Origin: an uncultured Verrucomicrobiae bacterium
GTDB lineage: Bacteria; Verrucomicrobiota; Verrucomicrobiia; Limisphaerales; Palsa-1400
Direction of reading: 5' to 3'
DNA length: 64,000 nt
Assembly (NCBI GenBank): GCA_963702845.1
Contig: OY969763.1
Location: forward strand, 534,719 to 598,718
Each line of letters starts with the position of its first letter. Within the stretch, counting starts at the first letter, position 1. The notes under the pieces were generated by a model. It was not told the origin of the DNA. It ran no database searches and saw only the letters and a program-made list of their open reading frames with translations. Below are positions 52,445 to 63,500 of the stretch, piece after piece. The position numbers were made by a program, and so were the translations under genes.

Positions 52445-54382
52445 ATGCCTGTGCGTCGTCTGACTGCAAAACTGTCGCGGATTTCGTTGTTGCTGGTGCT
52501 GCTCGCAACGGCAGTTCACTGCTTTGCACAAACGATGACGTCATCGGGTTTGCGCGCGACGTTTGTTGCCGCCGACGGCAAAACGACGGATACGAAAATG
52601 ACGCCGACGCTGGCGATCTACGTGCCGGAAGGGGAGTCGCCGACGAGTTTTTTGCCGCGTGGCAAATTTCGCGTGACGTGGTCTGGGTTTATTCGCGCGG
52701 ATTTGCGGGACGAGATCAGTTTTCAGGCTGAAGTGAATGGGACGTTTAAACTGGAGATCGGCGGCGTCACGGTGTTGGAAGCTGCAGACACCAAAGGGCC
52801 GACGGCGTTTAGTGAGCCGGTGCGGTTGAAAAAAGGCCTGAACATTTTGCGTGCGACATTCAGTTCGCCGATGACGGGCGACGCGTTTGTGCGACTGAAA
52901 GTAAAGACTTCGGAGGGGTTGGTTCAGCCGCTGGATCCAACACATTTGGATTGTGCCGATTCCTCTGAATCTCGTCGCGGGGATGCGATGCGCGACGGGC
53001 TTGCGTCGTTTCTCGAACATTGCTGCGCGAGGTGTCATGAAACCGGAATTTCAAACGGCACTCCCGATTTGAACATGGATGCGCCGGCGCTCGATGGGAT
53101 CGGTGCACGTCTGCGTGGAGATTGGATGGCGCGGTGGGTGGCGGATCCGCGGTTGATCCGGGCTGATGCGCACATGCCGCAAATCCGCATCGCGAGCCGT
53201 CCTGAAAACGCGCGTGCGATCGCGGTGTTTCTCGCCAGCACAGGCACCAATTTCAACGAGCCTGCTCAACCGAGACTGACGTCCACCGAAATCAAAAAGG
53301 GGCAGGCACTGTTTGAGAGCCAACACTGCGACGTCTGTCACTATACCGAAGGTGCGGGCACGCCGGATTCGACGAAGGTGTCGTTGTCGAATGTTGCGTC
53401 GAAATTTTATCCAGACGCTTTACGGGCCTACATTGAAAAGCCGGATGCGTTTTATAAATGGACGGCGATGCCGCGGTTTCGCTTCGGTCCCGGCGACGCG
53501 GATTTGCTGGCGCGTTGGCTGATTACGCGCAGCCTCGCGTTTTCGTCAAACAACACGCCTGCCACGAGGGAAGAAGTCGAGCACGGGAAAGAGTTGGTGC
53601 AAACGCTGGGTTGCCTGAATTGTCACGCGATGAATCTGCCGAATAAATTTTCGACGATGCCGCTGGCGCGCGCGGAGGTGACGCATGGCGGTTGTATTGG
53701 TTCACAGCCGACGATTGATTTTGGTTTTGCTCCAGTTGAGCGAAGCGCGATTCACCTGTGGCTTTCGAACGAACGCACTTCGCTGACGCGCAACGTGCCG
53801 ATGGAATTTGCGGAACGGCATTACGTGCGGTTGCTTTGTGCGGAGTGCCACCAAAAGGTCGAAGGCGTGGCGGGGCTAAATAGAATTGGTGAGAAACTAA
53901 AACCGGAATGGATGGGACGGTTCATCGACGGAGACATCGCGCAAAAACCGCGGCCATGGCTGTCGTCACAAATGCCGGCGTTCCCGCAATATGGCGTTGG
54001 CATCGCGCAGGGATTGGCCGAACAAAATGGTTTTGCGCCACATTCGCCGACGAACAAGCCGGTCGCCGAGCTTGCCAAAATCGGCAGTCAGTTGGTGCAG
54101 GCTCCGCCGATAGGTTTGGCGTGTGTGCAATGTCATGCGAATGGCGCGACGATGCCGTCGATTTCAGATGCGCCGGGGATCAATTTCGCGTTCATCGCGC
54201 AGCGCCTGCAGCCGTCGTATTTTCAGCGATGGGTCCGCAAACCATCCGCGATTGATCCGCAGACGAAAATGCCTTCGTTCTTTACCGCCGAAGGCACGAG
54301 CCCGCTGAAACAATATTTCGAGGGCAATGCCGATATGCAAATCGCGGCGATTTGGGAATATCTACAAACGCGACACGAGTAG
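52445..54382 (+). CDS. secreted pentaheme c-type cytochrome (Planctomycete-cytochrome-type domains)
   Basis: Signal peptide plus five CxxCH motifs: CARCH, CDVCH, CLNCH, CAECH, CVQCH. Its 3' end overlaps convergent pckG by 21 nt. Confidence 0.75.
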   Translation: MPVRRLTAKLSRISLLLVLLATAVHCFAQTMTSSGLRATFVAADGKTTDTKMTPTLAIYVPEGESPTSFLPRGKFRVTWSGFIRADLRDEISFQAEVNGTFKLEIGGVTVLEAADTKGPTAFSEPVRLKKGLNILRATFSSPMTGDAFVRLKVKTSEGLVQPLDPTHLDCADSSESRRGDAMRDGLASFLEHCCARCHETGISNGTPDLNMDAPALDGIGARLRGDWMARWVADPRLIRADAHMPQIRIASRPENARAIAVFLASTGTNFNEPAQPRLTSTEIKKGQALFESQHCDVCHYTEGAGTPDSTKVSLSNVASKFYPDALRAYIEKPDAFYKWTAMPRFRFGPGDADLLARWLITRSLAFSSNNTPATREEVEHGKELVQTLGCLNCHAMNLPNKFSTMPLARAEVTHGGCIGSQPTIDFGFAPVERSAIHLWLSNERTSLTRNVPMEFAERHYVRLLCAECHQKVEGVAGLNRIGEKLKPEWMGRFIDGDIAQKPRPWLSSQMPAFPQYGVGIAQGLAEQNGFAPHSPTNKPVAELAKIGSQLVQAPPIGLACVQCHANGATMPSISDAPGINFAFIAQRLQPSYFQRWVRKPSAIDPQTKMPSFFTAEGTSPLKQYFEGNADMQIAAIWEYLQTRHE

Positions 54383-56143
54383 CTCGCGCTGGAACGTCAG
54401 TTCTTTCGGTAAATCGGCGTAGAGTTTCAGGAACAGTTCGTCGTGCGACAGAACTTCGCGCCGCCATTCCTCGGTGTCGATCGCCTGGGCTTTGGCGAGA
54501 CGCGTGCTGTCGAAATTTTTCATTCCTTCGAGGTCGAAATCGTTGGCGTTCGGAACCCAACCGAGGGGCGCTTCCCAGGCTTGCGCATGGCCACGACAGC
54601 GTTGAGCAATCCATTTTAAAACGCGCATGTTTTCGCCAAAACCGGGCCAGAGGAATTTACCATTTTCATCTTTGCGGAACCAGTTCACGTGAAAAATGCG
54701 CGGCAGCGTCGGAATGTGCGAGCGCATGCGAAGCCAATGCTGAAAGTAAGTGCCCATGTTGTAACCGCAGAACGGGAGCATGGCCATCGGGTCGCGGCGC
54801 ACCTGGCCGACGGCGCCGGTCGCGGCAGCGGTGGTTTCGGAACTCATGGTTGCGCCGACGTAAACGCCGTGGATCCAGTTGAAGGCCTGGTAAACCAAAG
54901 GCATGGTGGTGGCGCGGCGGCCGCCGAAAATAATTGCGTTGATCGGCACGCCGTCTGGGTCGTCGACTTCTTTTGCAAGCGCAGGGTTGTTGCGCATGGG
55001 CGCGGCAAAACGGCTGTTCGCGTGTGCGGCGGGTTCTTTGGAGTCGGGAGTCCAACGTTGGCCTTTCCAATCGATAAGTTCTTTTGGCGGCGCTTCGGTT
55101 TTTCCTTCCCACCAGACATCAAGATCTGGCGTGAGCGCGACGTTGGTGAAAATCGTATCGCGCGCGATTGTCGCCATCGCGTTTGGATTCGTCTTTTCGT
55201 TGGTTCCCGGGGCGACTCCGAAATAACCGGCTTCGGGATTGATTGCATGGAGGTGGCCGGTTTTGCCGGGCTTCATCCATGCGATGTCGTCGCCCACGGT
55301 GGTCACTTTCCAACCGGCAAAATGGGGCGGCGGGATGAGCATGGAAAAATTTGTTTTACCGCAAGCACTCGGAAACGCGCCGGTAACAAATGTCTTTTCG
55401 CCGGTTGGCGATTCGACGCCGAGAATCAACATGTGCTCGGCCAGCCAGCCTTCTTTTTGCGCGAGGTAAGAGCCGATGCGCAGGGCTAAACATTTTTTGC
55501 CGAGCAGGGCATTGCCGCCGTAATTAGAGCCGACGGAGATGATGGCGTTCTCTTGTGGGAAATGCGCGATGTAACGGCGATCGGGCTCGACATCGAGCAT
55601 GCAATGCAAACCGCGATTGAAATCTTCACTGTTGCCGAGGTGCTCGTAAGCAAGTTGGCCCATGCGCGTCATAATGCGCATGCTCAAGGCGACGTAAATT
55701 GAGTCGGTCACTTCGACACCGACCTTTGCCATAGGTGAACCGGCCGGACCCATGAGATACGGGACGACATACATCGTTCGACCGCGCATTGCGCCAGTGC
55801 AATAGCCGCGAAGCTTATTATGCATGTCGCGCGGCGCCATCCAATTGTTGGTCGGGCCAGCTTCGTGTTTTGCTTCGGTGCAGATGAAGGTGGATTGTTC
55901 GGTGCGCGCGACGTCGTTTTGTTTCGAGCGATGATAATAACAGCCGGGTAATTTTTTTTGGTTGAGCTCGATAAGTACTCCGGAAGCGATCGCTTGTTCG
56001 GTCAGGCGTTGCTTTTCTTCTTCCGAACCGTCACACCAAACGACCTCGTCGGGCTGGCAGAGCGTGGCCACGTCTTTAACCCAGCGAATGACACCGCTGT
56101 TGGCTGTGCTGGGTTTGCTCCCGGTTTTTGAATTCATTCGCAA
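54362..56143 (-). CDS. pckG: phosphoenolpyruvate carboxykinase (GTP)
   Basis: 593 aa with extensive collinear similarity to GTP-PEPCK ([11 protein letters not shown] kinase-1a motif, ...FGGRR...). Confidence 0.9.
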   Translation of the reverse strand: MRMNSKTGSKPSTANSGVIRWVKDVATLCQPDEVVWCDGSEEEKQRLTEQAIASGVLIELNQKKLPGCYYHRSKQNDVARTEQSTFICTEAKHEAGPTNNWMAPRDMHNKLRGYCTGAMRGRTMYVVPYLMGPAGSPMAKVGVEVTDSIYVALSMRIMTRMGQLAYEHLGNSEDFNRGLHCMLDVEPDRRYIAHFPQENAIISVGSNYGGNALLGKKCLALRIGSYLAQKEGWLAEHMLILGVESPTGEKTFVTGAFPSACGKTNFSMLIPPPHFAGWKVTTVGDDIAWMKPGKTGHLHAINPEAGYFGVAPGTNEKTNPNAMATIARDTIFTNVALTPDLDVWWEGKTEAPPKELIDWKGQRWTPDSKEPAAHANSRFAAPMRNNPALAKEVDDPDGVPINAIIFGGRRATTMPLVYQAFNWIHGVYVGATMSSETTAAATGAVGQVRRDPMAMLPFCGYNMGTYFQHWLRMRSHIPTLPRIFHVNWFRKDENGKFLWPGFGENMRVLKWIAQRCRGHAQAWEAPLGWVPNANDFDLEGMKNFDSTRLAKAQAIDTEEWRREVLSHDELFLKLYADLPKELTFQRELLVSRL

Positions 56144-56224
56144 TCAAGCATAAACCAAGTCAGGTGTGTGCGAAAGAGAGGGACGGTTAAAAACAGGTTG
56201 GCTTCTCAGGCCGTTAAGGTGGGT

Positions 56225-57817
56225 TTAATCACCGGCGCGCGATGAGGAAGTGGAATCGCTCGATTGCTGTTTCATTTCGAAGGAATCACCGATGTGATCG
56301 CGACCTTCGAACGCGCCGGTTTTTGGGTCACGACGAACCGCGCTGACGAGTGGGCCGGCGCCGGTCAACACTTTGAAACCGACGTCGTGCAGATAGTCGC
56401 GTTGCTTCGGCGGGAATGATTTCTCGAGACGTAATTCGAGGCTGCCGGTCGTGTTCAGTCGCGGCGCGTCGATGGAGCCGGTGAACGATTTGCCTTCGCC
56501 AAGGTAATTGCAGAAAAATTCGTAGATTGCGTTGGGGATTTTTGTTCCGCCAGCAGCGCCGATGGCGAGGGTTGTATTGCCGTTACGCGCCATGAGACTC
56601 GGACACATGTTGTGCAACGGACGTTTGCCGGGGGCGACGGAATTGGGATGACCGGGTTCGGGATCGAAGCGCGCCATGCCGTGCCCGAGCACCATACCGA
56701 CGCTTTCCACTGTGACTTGCGCGCCGTATCCGTTGCCCATCGTTAAGGTGATCGCGACGAAATTCCCGGACCGGTCGGCGGCGCTGAGGTTGCAAGTGCC
56801 GGTTTGTTGGATACGCGGGACGTCAATGGACATCGCTTTGCGCGATTGGACCGCCGCCTCAACTTGCGATGCGAGTTCTTTCGCATAATCGACAGATAAA
56901 AGTTTTTCCACTGGCACTTCGACGAAGTCGGGATCGCCGAGGAATTTTGCGCGATCGCGCCAGGCGAGGCGGAGGGCTTCGACTTGTGCGTGGGTGCGTT
57001 CGACGCTGCCGGGCTGCGTTGCGTAAGATGTTGCTTTGAAAATGTTCAGCGCTTCCAATGTGGTCAGGCCGCCGGAGCAGAGGGGCGCGGTGTAGATCGT
57101 CGCGTCGTCCCACTCCAGTTTGTAGGGAGTGACCAAACGGGCCTGATAATTGGCGAGATCTTTTGTTGTGACCAGTCCACCGTTTTTGGCAAAGGCGTCG
57201 GCGATTTCTTGCGCGATGTCGCCGCGGTAAAACGAATCAACGGAGTTGCGTTCGGCGAAAGTGGTCAACGTCTGACGTAGCGCTTGATAGCTGAAGCGCG
57301 GGTTCTTCGGTTTTTTTGCGGCAAGCGCAATGGCAGGCTGCAGAACTTCGCGAAGCGATTTCGTGCCGAATTTGCGGAGCGCCATTTCCAAACCGGCAGG
57401 CACGCCCGGCACACCAGCGGCGAGCCAGCCGTGGAAATTAACTTTGCCAATGACGGCGCCTTTGGCATCGAGCGGATACATGTCCGGACGGGCGGCGGCT
57501 GGAGCGACGGAATTGAAATCAATGCAATAAATCGCATCACCTTGCCCGATCATGATGCTGCCGCCGTAACCGCCGATGCCGCATTTGCTCGGCGAACTGA
57601 TGCCAGCGACAAATGCCGCGGCTATGGCGGCGTCAATTGCATTACCGCCTTCGGTAAAAATTTGGTTCGCGGCCTTAACACCTTCGACGTCGCCGAGAAT
57701 AATTCCTCGCGGTGGTGGCGTGGTGTGACGTGTCACACATGACGGAGCAACCATCGCCGTCGCGGCGGCTTGCGCGGTCGCGATTAACATTTTGCGGCGT
57801 GTGATGCGTTTGTTCAT
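56225..57817 (-). CDS. ggt: gamma-glutamyltransferase
   Basis: 530 aa with a twin-arginine-like signal. It has the GGT-family layout and a catalytic Thr region (TGTCNLSAADRSGNFVAITLTMGNGYG). Confidence 0.8.
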   Translation of the reverse strand: MNKRITRRKMLIATAQAAATAMVAPSCVTRHTTPPPRGIILGDVEGVKAANQIFTEGGNAIDAAIAAAFVAGISSPSKCGIGGYGGSIMIGQGDAIYCIDFNSVAPAAARPDMYPLDAKGAVIGKVNFHGWLAAGVPGVPAGLEMALRKFGTKSLREVLQPAIALAAKKPKNPRFSYQALRQTLTTFAERNSVDSFYRGDIAQEIADAFAKNGGLVTTKDLANYQARLVTPYKLEWDDATIYTAPLCSGGLTTLEALNIFKATSYATQPGSVERTHAQVEALRLAWRDRAKFLGDPDFVEVPVEKLLSVDYAKELASQVEAAVQSRKAMSIDVPRIQQTGTCNLSAADRSGNFVAITLTMGNGYGAQVTVESVGMVLGHGMARFDPEPGHPNSVAPGKRPLHNMCPSLMARNGNTTLAIGAAGGTKIPNAIYEFFCNYLGEGKSFTGSIDAPRLNTTGSLELRLEKSFPPKQRDYLHDVGFKVLTGAGPLVSAVRRDPKTGAFEGRDHIGDSFEMKQQSSDSTSSSRAGD

Positions 57818-57832
57818 TGCAGCAATCGAAAG

Positions 57833-58606
57833 CTAGTTGCCGTAACGCGCAATCAGGCGCGCCAAAGCTTTTTCGTTTAGATAAAACGGCATGCCTTCGA
57901 AGCGAACGACGCCGTCAGGGTCGATGAGCATGGCGTGCGGAATTCCTTGCACTCCGACTGCGCTGATCGTGCGACGCTCAGCGTCGATGGCCTCCCAATA
58001 CTCGATCTTGGGCGATTTCAGCTTGTGCACGTCTTCTTCCGATTCGTCGCTCAAACCCATGATGATCACTTTATCTTTGAATTTCTGGTGCAGCGCGTTC
58101 AAACCCGGGATGGCCTGGCGACAAGGCGGGCACCAGGTCGCCCAGAAATCGATGAGAACGAATTTGCCCTTCGTGTCCGGAATTCCGTTGAGCCACTTTG
58201 CGACGATGAGCGGTGGAGCGGCTTTGTGCAGGAAAGATTTCGCGTAGAGCTTTGGCACGGAAACGTTGTCGTCGTGGGCTCCGGGAGCAGAAGATTTCGC
58301 CAACGCTTGTTTGGTGGGAGTGAACTTTGCGGTGAGGTCGCGAAAACGGATGTCACCTACGGCTGGTTTTGGTTTTAGGGCGGCGGCCGCGTTGTAATTG
58401 AAATGTTTTTGTAGGTCGGGCGAGAGGTCGTGTAATTGCGCGTTGGCGACGCCGCGCGTGTGCATGAAATAGATTTGTGACGCGGTCACCGAAGTGACAG
58501 TGACATTCGTGTAAGTTCGGTTTCCGACCTGGAGTGTCGGGAACTTGTCCTCAGCGCGCGCAGACAATAACGAAAGCGTGACGAGAGTTAACGCAAGGAA
58601 TCGCAT
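57833..58606 (-). CDS. TlpA/ResA-like periplasmic thiol-disulfide oxidoreductase (thioredoxin fold)
   Basis: WATWCPPC active site and a signal peptide. Confidence 0.8.
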   Translation of the reverse strand: MRFLALTLVTLSLLSARAEDKFPTLQVGNRTYTNVTVTSVTASQIYFMHTRGVANAQLHDLSPDLQKHFNYNAAAALKPKPAVGDIRFRDLTAKFTPTKQALAKSSAPGAHDDNVSVPKLYAKSFLHKAAPPLIVAKWLNGIPDTKGKFVLIDFWATWCPPCRQAIPGLNALHQKFKDKVIIMGLSDESEEDVHKLKSPKIEYWEAIDAERRTISAVGVQGIPHAMLIDPDGVVRFEGMPFYLNEKALARLIARYGN

Positions 58607-58653
58607 GCCACGGGTATGGCATGCGATTTCGTAACGAGCAAGATTTTTGGTGA

Positions 58654-59643
58654 TTAGCCGGCGCGTGGGATCGGGACGTCGGTCATCAGGAGCAGACCGG
58701 GTTGGGCGCGCAGGACGGTTGGGATGGCGTTGACCAGGGCGGCAACGGTCGCGCGGTCGCCATGAACGCCGCCGCGCAGGACGGCGTCGATCGGCGGGTC
58801 GCCGATGATTTTCACGGCATCGCGCGGGTCTTCGGCATCGAGATACATCTTGAGGTCGAGCGTCAGCTTGTGCTTGCCGGCTTTCGCTTCGGCACGATGA
58901 TGAATGCCGCAGGTCAGGCCTTTCGGGACTTCAAGAAATTGGGTTTTGATGTTCTTAGGCGCGATCATCGGTTCGCAGGATTCGCTGATCTTGCCAATTT
59001 TCCAGCCGAGCGCGTGCGCGACCAGGGCGAGTGATTCGACGAGGCCAACGTGGCCCATTTTGCCTTCGCGGAACAAACGGCGGAATTCCGCGGGTTCCAT
59101 GCCGCTGCCGATTTTCATTTGCAGAGGCAGGCGGCGGAGCGAGGCATTGACGACGCGTTCGATCTCGATGGACTCAACGTTGCGGCAAACGCCGGTCAGG
59201 CAGATGGCCAGGGTGTCCATAACGAACCCAGGATTGACGCCGGTGCCGAGGACGCGAGATTTATGTTTGCGGCAAAGGGCGTCGAGCTTTTTGGCGATAG
59301 CGGGCGCGCGCAGTTGTGGAAAGAGGAGTTCTTCGCACGAGGAAACGACGCTGACACCGGCTTTGATGATTGGTTCGAGTTGTGGCGCAGCTTGCGGCAT
59401 GCGTGAAACGGAGGTGTGCAGGACGCAATCCGGTTTAGTTTTTTTCAGCAGTTCGGCGAACGAGGAATAAACTTTGGCTTTGTTCAGCGATTTGATGCCG
59501 GTGAGTTCGCTGAGCGGTTTGCCGATCTTGGCCGGGTCGATGTCAACGCCGCCGACGATTTGCAGCCAAGGCTTGGTAGCGGCGAGTTTGACGGTTTCGA
59601 TTCCGATAGGTCCCAGTCCGAATTGTGCGACTTTAATTTTCAC
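58654..59643 (-). CDS. DapB-like NAD(P)-dependent oxidoreductase (dihydrodipicolinate reductase / amine dehydrogenase family)
   Basis: An N-terminal Rossmann fold (KIKVAQFGLGPIGIE) and an overall DapB_N/C-like architecture in a 329-aa ORF. Confidence 0.55.
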   Translation of the reverse strand: MKIKVAQFGLGPIGIETVKLAATKPWLQIVGGVDIDPAKIGKPLSELTGIKSLNKAKVYSSFAELLKKTKPDCVLHTSVSRMPQAAPQLEPIIKAGVSVVSSCEELLFPQLRAPAIAKKLDALCRKHKSRVLGTGVNPGFVMDTLAICLTGVCRNVESIEIERVVNASLRRLPLQMKIGSGMEPAEFRRLFREGKMGHVGLVESLALVAHALGWKIGKISESCEPMIAPKNIKTQFLEVPKGLTCGIHHRAEAKAGKHKLTLDLKMYLDAEDPRDAVKIIGDPPIDAVLRGGVHGDRATVAALVNAIPTVLRAQPGLLLMTDVPIPRAG

Positions 59644-59778
59644 TTTGTCCGATACTTAAAAGGCATCGGGTCTCGTAAATCAAAGGAAAACGGAGATAGT
59701 CTTGGCGTGCGTCAAAACTTCCAAGCTGTCTTGCTTTGAGACGTCAAGCGGCCTGAACGGCTTGCTGCCATTCTCAAC

Positions 59779-60540
59779 TTACCAGCTGGTGATGTTGTCT
59801 CTGTTGACGTTGACGCCAGTGTTCGGATCGGCGTTGGCATCGATCGCTTTGTCCGGACCGGCAGTCCAGATCATGACTTCGACGGGCATGTTCGTTTGTG
59901 CCTGATTGAACTTCTGATACAACGGGGCGTAGAAGGCGTCGCTGGTGTAGTTGTCGTAATTCATGTCCAGCGAGATCATGTAGGGATTGCCAAATGGATC
60001 ACGCAGGACGCCGTTGGCGTCGAGGCCAGGGGCGTCGCTGACCAAGGCAGTATTATTTGCAACTTTGGCGTTGAAGAAGGCGAGTTTGCGCGGGTTCAAC
60101 GCGTTATTGTAGTTGGGATTCATCCCCGGGTAGGTCAGGTTGGGAGCTGCATTCGCTGTGAGAATGTTGAGCACTTCGGCGTTGCAATTCTCGTAGATCC
60201 CACCGCTGGGGGGGATATTAAAGACCTTGTAGGTGGAACTGATCGAGTAGGTGCCTGACTTGGATTTGCCTTCTGTGCCAAAGGTGAAGTCGCCCCCAGC
60301 GTTAGCGCTGCCAAGGACCGATGAGGAAGCTGGGAAACGGCTGTAGTCGGCTTTGTACTGAGTGATAGCCGTGGTGAGGTTTGCCATTTCGGTCCGGGCA
60401 ACTTTGACCTTGGCGGCAATTTTCGCTCTTGAAAGCGCAGGCAGGAGCAGCGAGGCCAGGATCGCAATAATGGCAATGACGACGAGCAATTCAATCAGGG
60501 TAAATGCGAGCGAACGCTGACCCCCTCCTTGTGTTCTCAT
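59779..60540 (-). CDS. prepilin-type N-terminal cleavage/methylation domain protein (T2SS pseudopilin / type IV pilin-like)
   Basis: SLAFTLIELLVVIAIIAILASLLLPAL at the N-terminus. The start codon overlaps the stop of the upstream giant gene (ATGA). Confidence 0.75.
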   Translation of the reverse strand: MRTQGGGQRSLAFTLIELLVVIAIIAILASLLLPALSRAKIAAKVKVARTEMANLTTAITQYKADYSRFPASSSVLGSANAGGDFTFGTEGKSKSGTYSISSTYKVFNIPPSGGIYENCNAEVLNILTANAAPNLTYPGMNPNYNNALNPRKLAFFNAKVANNTALVSDAPGLDANGVLRDPFGNPYMISLDMNYDNYTSDAFYAPLYQKFNQAQTNMPVEVMIWTAGPDKAIDANADPNTGVNVNRDNITSW

Positions 60541-63500
60541 GGTTCTATATTATGCAATCGAACGGCCCTGTAAAAGAGTAAAATTGATGGCTCGCCGTTT
60601 GTGAACACGAAACTGCCATCAGGCAAATTGTTAGTGGCGACGGGTGTCCAGTTGGCGAGGTCGGTTGAAGCTTCGATCACGTGAACGCAATTGGCGTCGC
60701 CGACGAGCGTGGTGCAGAACCCGCCCGAGTCCGTGCAATGCGGCGCGACGAAGTGGGGCGGGTGTGGCTGTGTAACAAAGAGCGTTAGTGTCCAACCGTT
60801 CGCGATTAGTCCTGAATCAATGATACGGTCATCGAAGACATAAAGGTTCCAATCGCCATAGGTGCTTTCATGGGCGAATTGGGCAAGACCGATGTTGGTG
60901 TAGCCGGGCGCTGGAGTGGGAAAATCGATATTGTCGTAGGCGCTCGGGTGATACGTGCCGCTGGTCAACGGCGCATTGAATGGAAGGTCGGCGCCAAGGT
61001 CGTCAAATAGCAGATCGACGTTTTGGAGTGGGAAATCGCGACCGCCGCCTGCGTTGATCATGAGTGGTGTTGTTTTTCCAGAAGGACTTTGGAGGAGAAT
61101 GCAAATATCGCTCGGATAGGTATGGCCCAAGCCCAACAAGCCGACCTGAACGCGGTTGACGTCTTCCGGATAGATGCAGCTAACGTGAATTGCGGATGGG
61201 TAAGGTGACCCGGGTTGATTGTCGACAATCCCGATCGGAGCGGAGTTGGCAAAGGTCACTGAATTGGTGACGGCGATGTAGTCATCCACGCGCAACGTCG
61301 CGCTGTTTGTCACGCTGCTGCACGGGCCATGAACTTCTACCGTGATGCTCGTCGGTGGCGTTCCGGCGGCAAGGTTTGGAATCGCTAAACTGTTATTGGT
61401 TTCGCCGTCGAGGAGTTGGCCATCGCGCCGCCAATCGAATGTGAACGGACCGGCTCCAGTTGGAGTGGTAGTGAAGATGGCTGTTTCGGTCGGGCAATGA
61501 GTTTGATCGCCCATCGACGTTGTTGTTGTCGGAACACCGACCAGAAGCAGGCCTGTGTTCGTTGCGGAATTACACGACGCGGTGACTTCGACGGTGTAGG
61601 TGCCGGCGTCGTTTGATGTCACTGCGTTGAGCAGGAGGTTGCTGGTCGATTGGCCGGACATGAGAATGCCGTTCTTGCGCCAACGATAGCTGAATGGACT
61701 CGTGCCCGTTGGCGTGGCTTTGAAGGCGGCACTTTGGCTCGCACAGCGAATCAACGTGCCGAGCGACGCGACGGTGACGTTCGTGCGGATGGTGAGAGTT
61801 GCAGTGTTGGTGACCGTGTTGCACGCGCTGCTTACTTCCACGGAATAGAGGCCGGCGTTGCTGGTGGAAAGGCTGCTGAACGTGAGGGAACTGTTGGTTT
61901 GGCCGGGGATCTGGATTCCGTTTTGCCGCCAAACGAAAGAGAAAGGACCATCACCCGACGCGACGGTGCTAAAGGTAGCCGTTTGGCCGGCGCAACGCGT
62001 TAACGAGAACATCGTGCTTGCGGAAATGCTGGGAAGAGAAAGCGTGGCGGAGTTTGTCAGGGTGATGCACCAATTGTTGATCTCGACGGAATACGTTCCG
62101 GCGTCTTGTGGATTTGCGACCTGAACAGTCAGGGACGAATTCGTCGCGCCTGCGACGGCGGTTCCGTTTTTGCGCCAGAGGTAGGTTGCAATCGGATAGT
62201 TCGAAATCGTTGTGGTGAACACAGCGGTTTGGTTGGGACATGCGCTGACGTTTGCTAAAGCCGTCGCTGTCATGTAGTCGCCAATTAACAGAGCAGCGGT
62301 GTTAGTGGCGGAACTGCATGCACCGGTTGCCTCAACGGTGTAAGTGCCAGCGTCGGTTGCGGTGACGTTTGCTATTGCGAGGATGCTGCCAGTGCTCGCC
62401 AATGTGACGCCGTTCTTTTTCCAAACATATTGAAATGGCCCGGTGCCAGATGGTGTTGCAGTGAACGACCCGGTGCCGCCGAGGCACGCCAAGGCATCGT
62501 GGATGGCGACCGTGTTTGCGATATTGTCGATATGGATTGAAAGATTGTCAGCCGTGTTGGCGTCGAGAACTGAAGCCGGTGGCGAGATTATGGCGATGTT
62601 TGTCAGTGTGCAGTCGACGGGTGTCGCCAGTATTCCGGTCGCGGTGAAAACGACGGCTTGATGAATTGGGATGTCCAGCGCCGCGTTAATGTTGCCGTTG
62701 CCGTTGGTGACGTCGCCGCTGGAGTTGCCGAGGAACGCGGCTGACCAGGTCACGTTGCTCAGTGTTGTGGGGAAGGCGTCCGAAAACGGGGCGCCGATCA
62801 CCGGCGCGGCGCCATGGTTTGTCACGGTGATTGTGTAAGTCACGAGTTGGCCGTTGGTGTAGGAGCGAGCGGTGTTATCCTGCATGACGGCGAGGTCGGT
62901 TTGGAAATTTACGCCGCATTCACCGGGCCGTTCGGCGGGGACAAAGATCGCATTGAGCATCATGCGCCGACCGTTATAACACTCGAGCGACGATTGAATG
63001 CCGTAGTCGTGGCCGCCGAGGTAGAAGATGCAGGTGCCGGTTTGGCCGGGGCGCAGTTTTGCGACAGCGGCATAAGGTTGGTTCGCCGTTTGGCCAGAGA
63101 TGTAAACGGCAGTGTAAGCGCTGTTCGTGAAACCAGAGTTGGCGCGAAATCCCCAGTTGGCGACGGAGCTGGTCAACGTCAAATTGGTCAGGCCGCCGTC
63201 GAATTGGCCGAAAGCGCAATCGGCGTTGGTAAACGCGCAGGTGCCGGTGGCGTTGAGCACGGTTATGCCACCCGTGGTGTGAAACTCGCCGTAGAGCGGG
63301 TTGTTTTCGTAGGTGGTGACGGCCGCGCATTGGCACAAGACGTTGCCGCCGCTGGCCAGAAAACCGCGGATAGCGAGCGTCTGGGCATTGGTGTTCGTGC
63401 CGCCGTCGTAGTGCGGCGCGGTCACGATGGTGAAACAACTGGTGGTTGTGAGCAGCGGGAGATTTGTTGCAAAAAGAACCTGATAATCGTTAGGCGAGAA

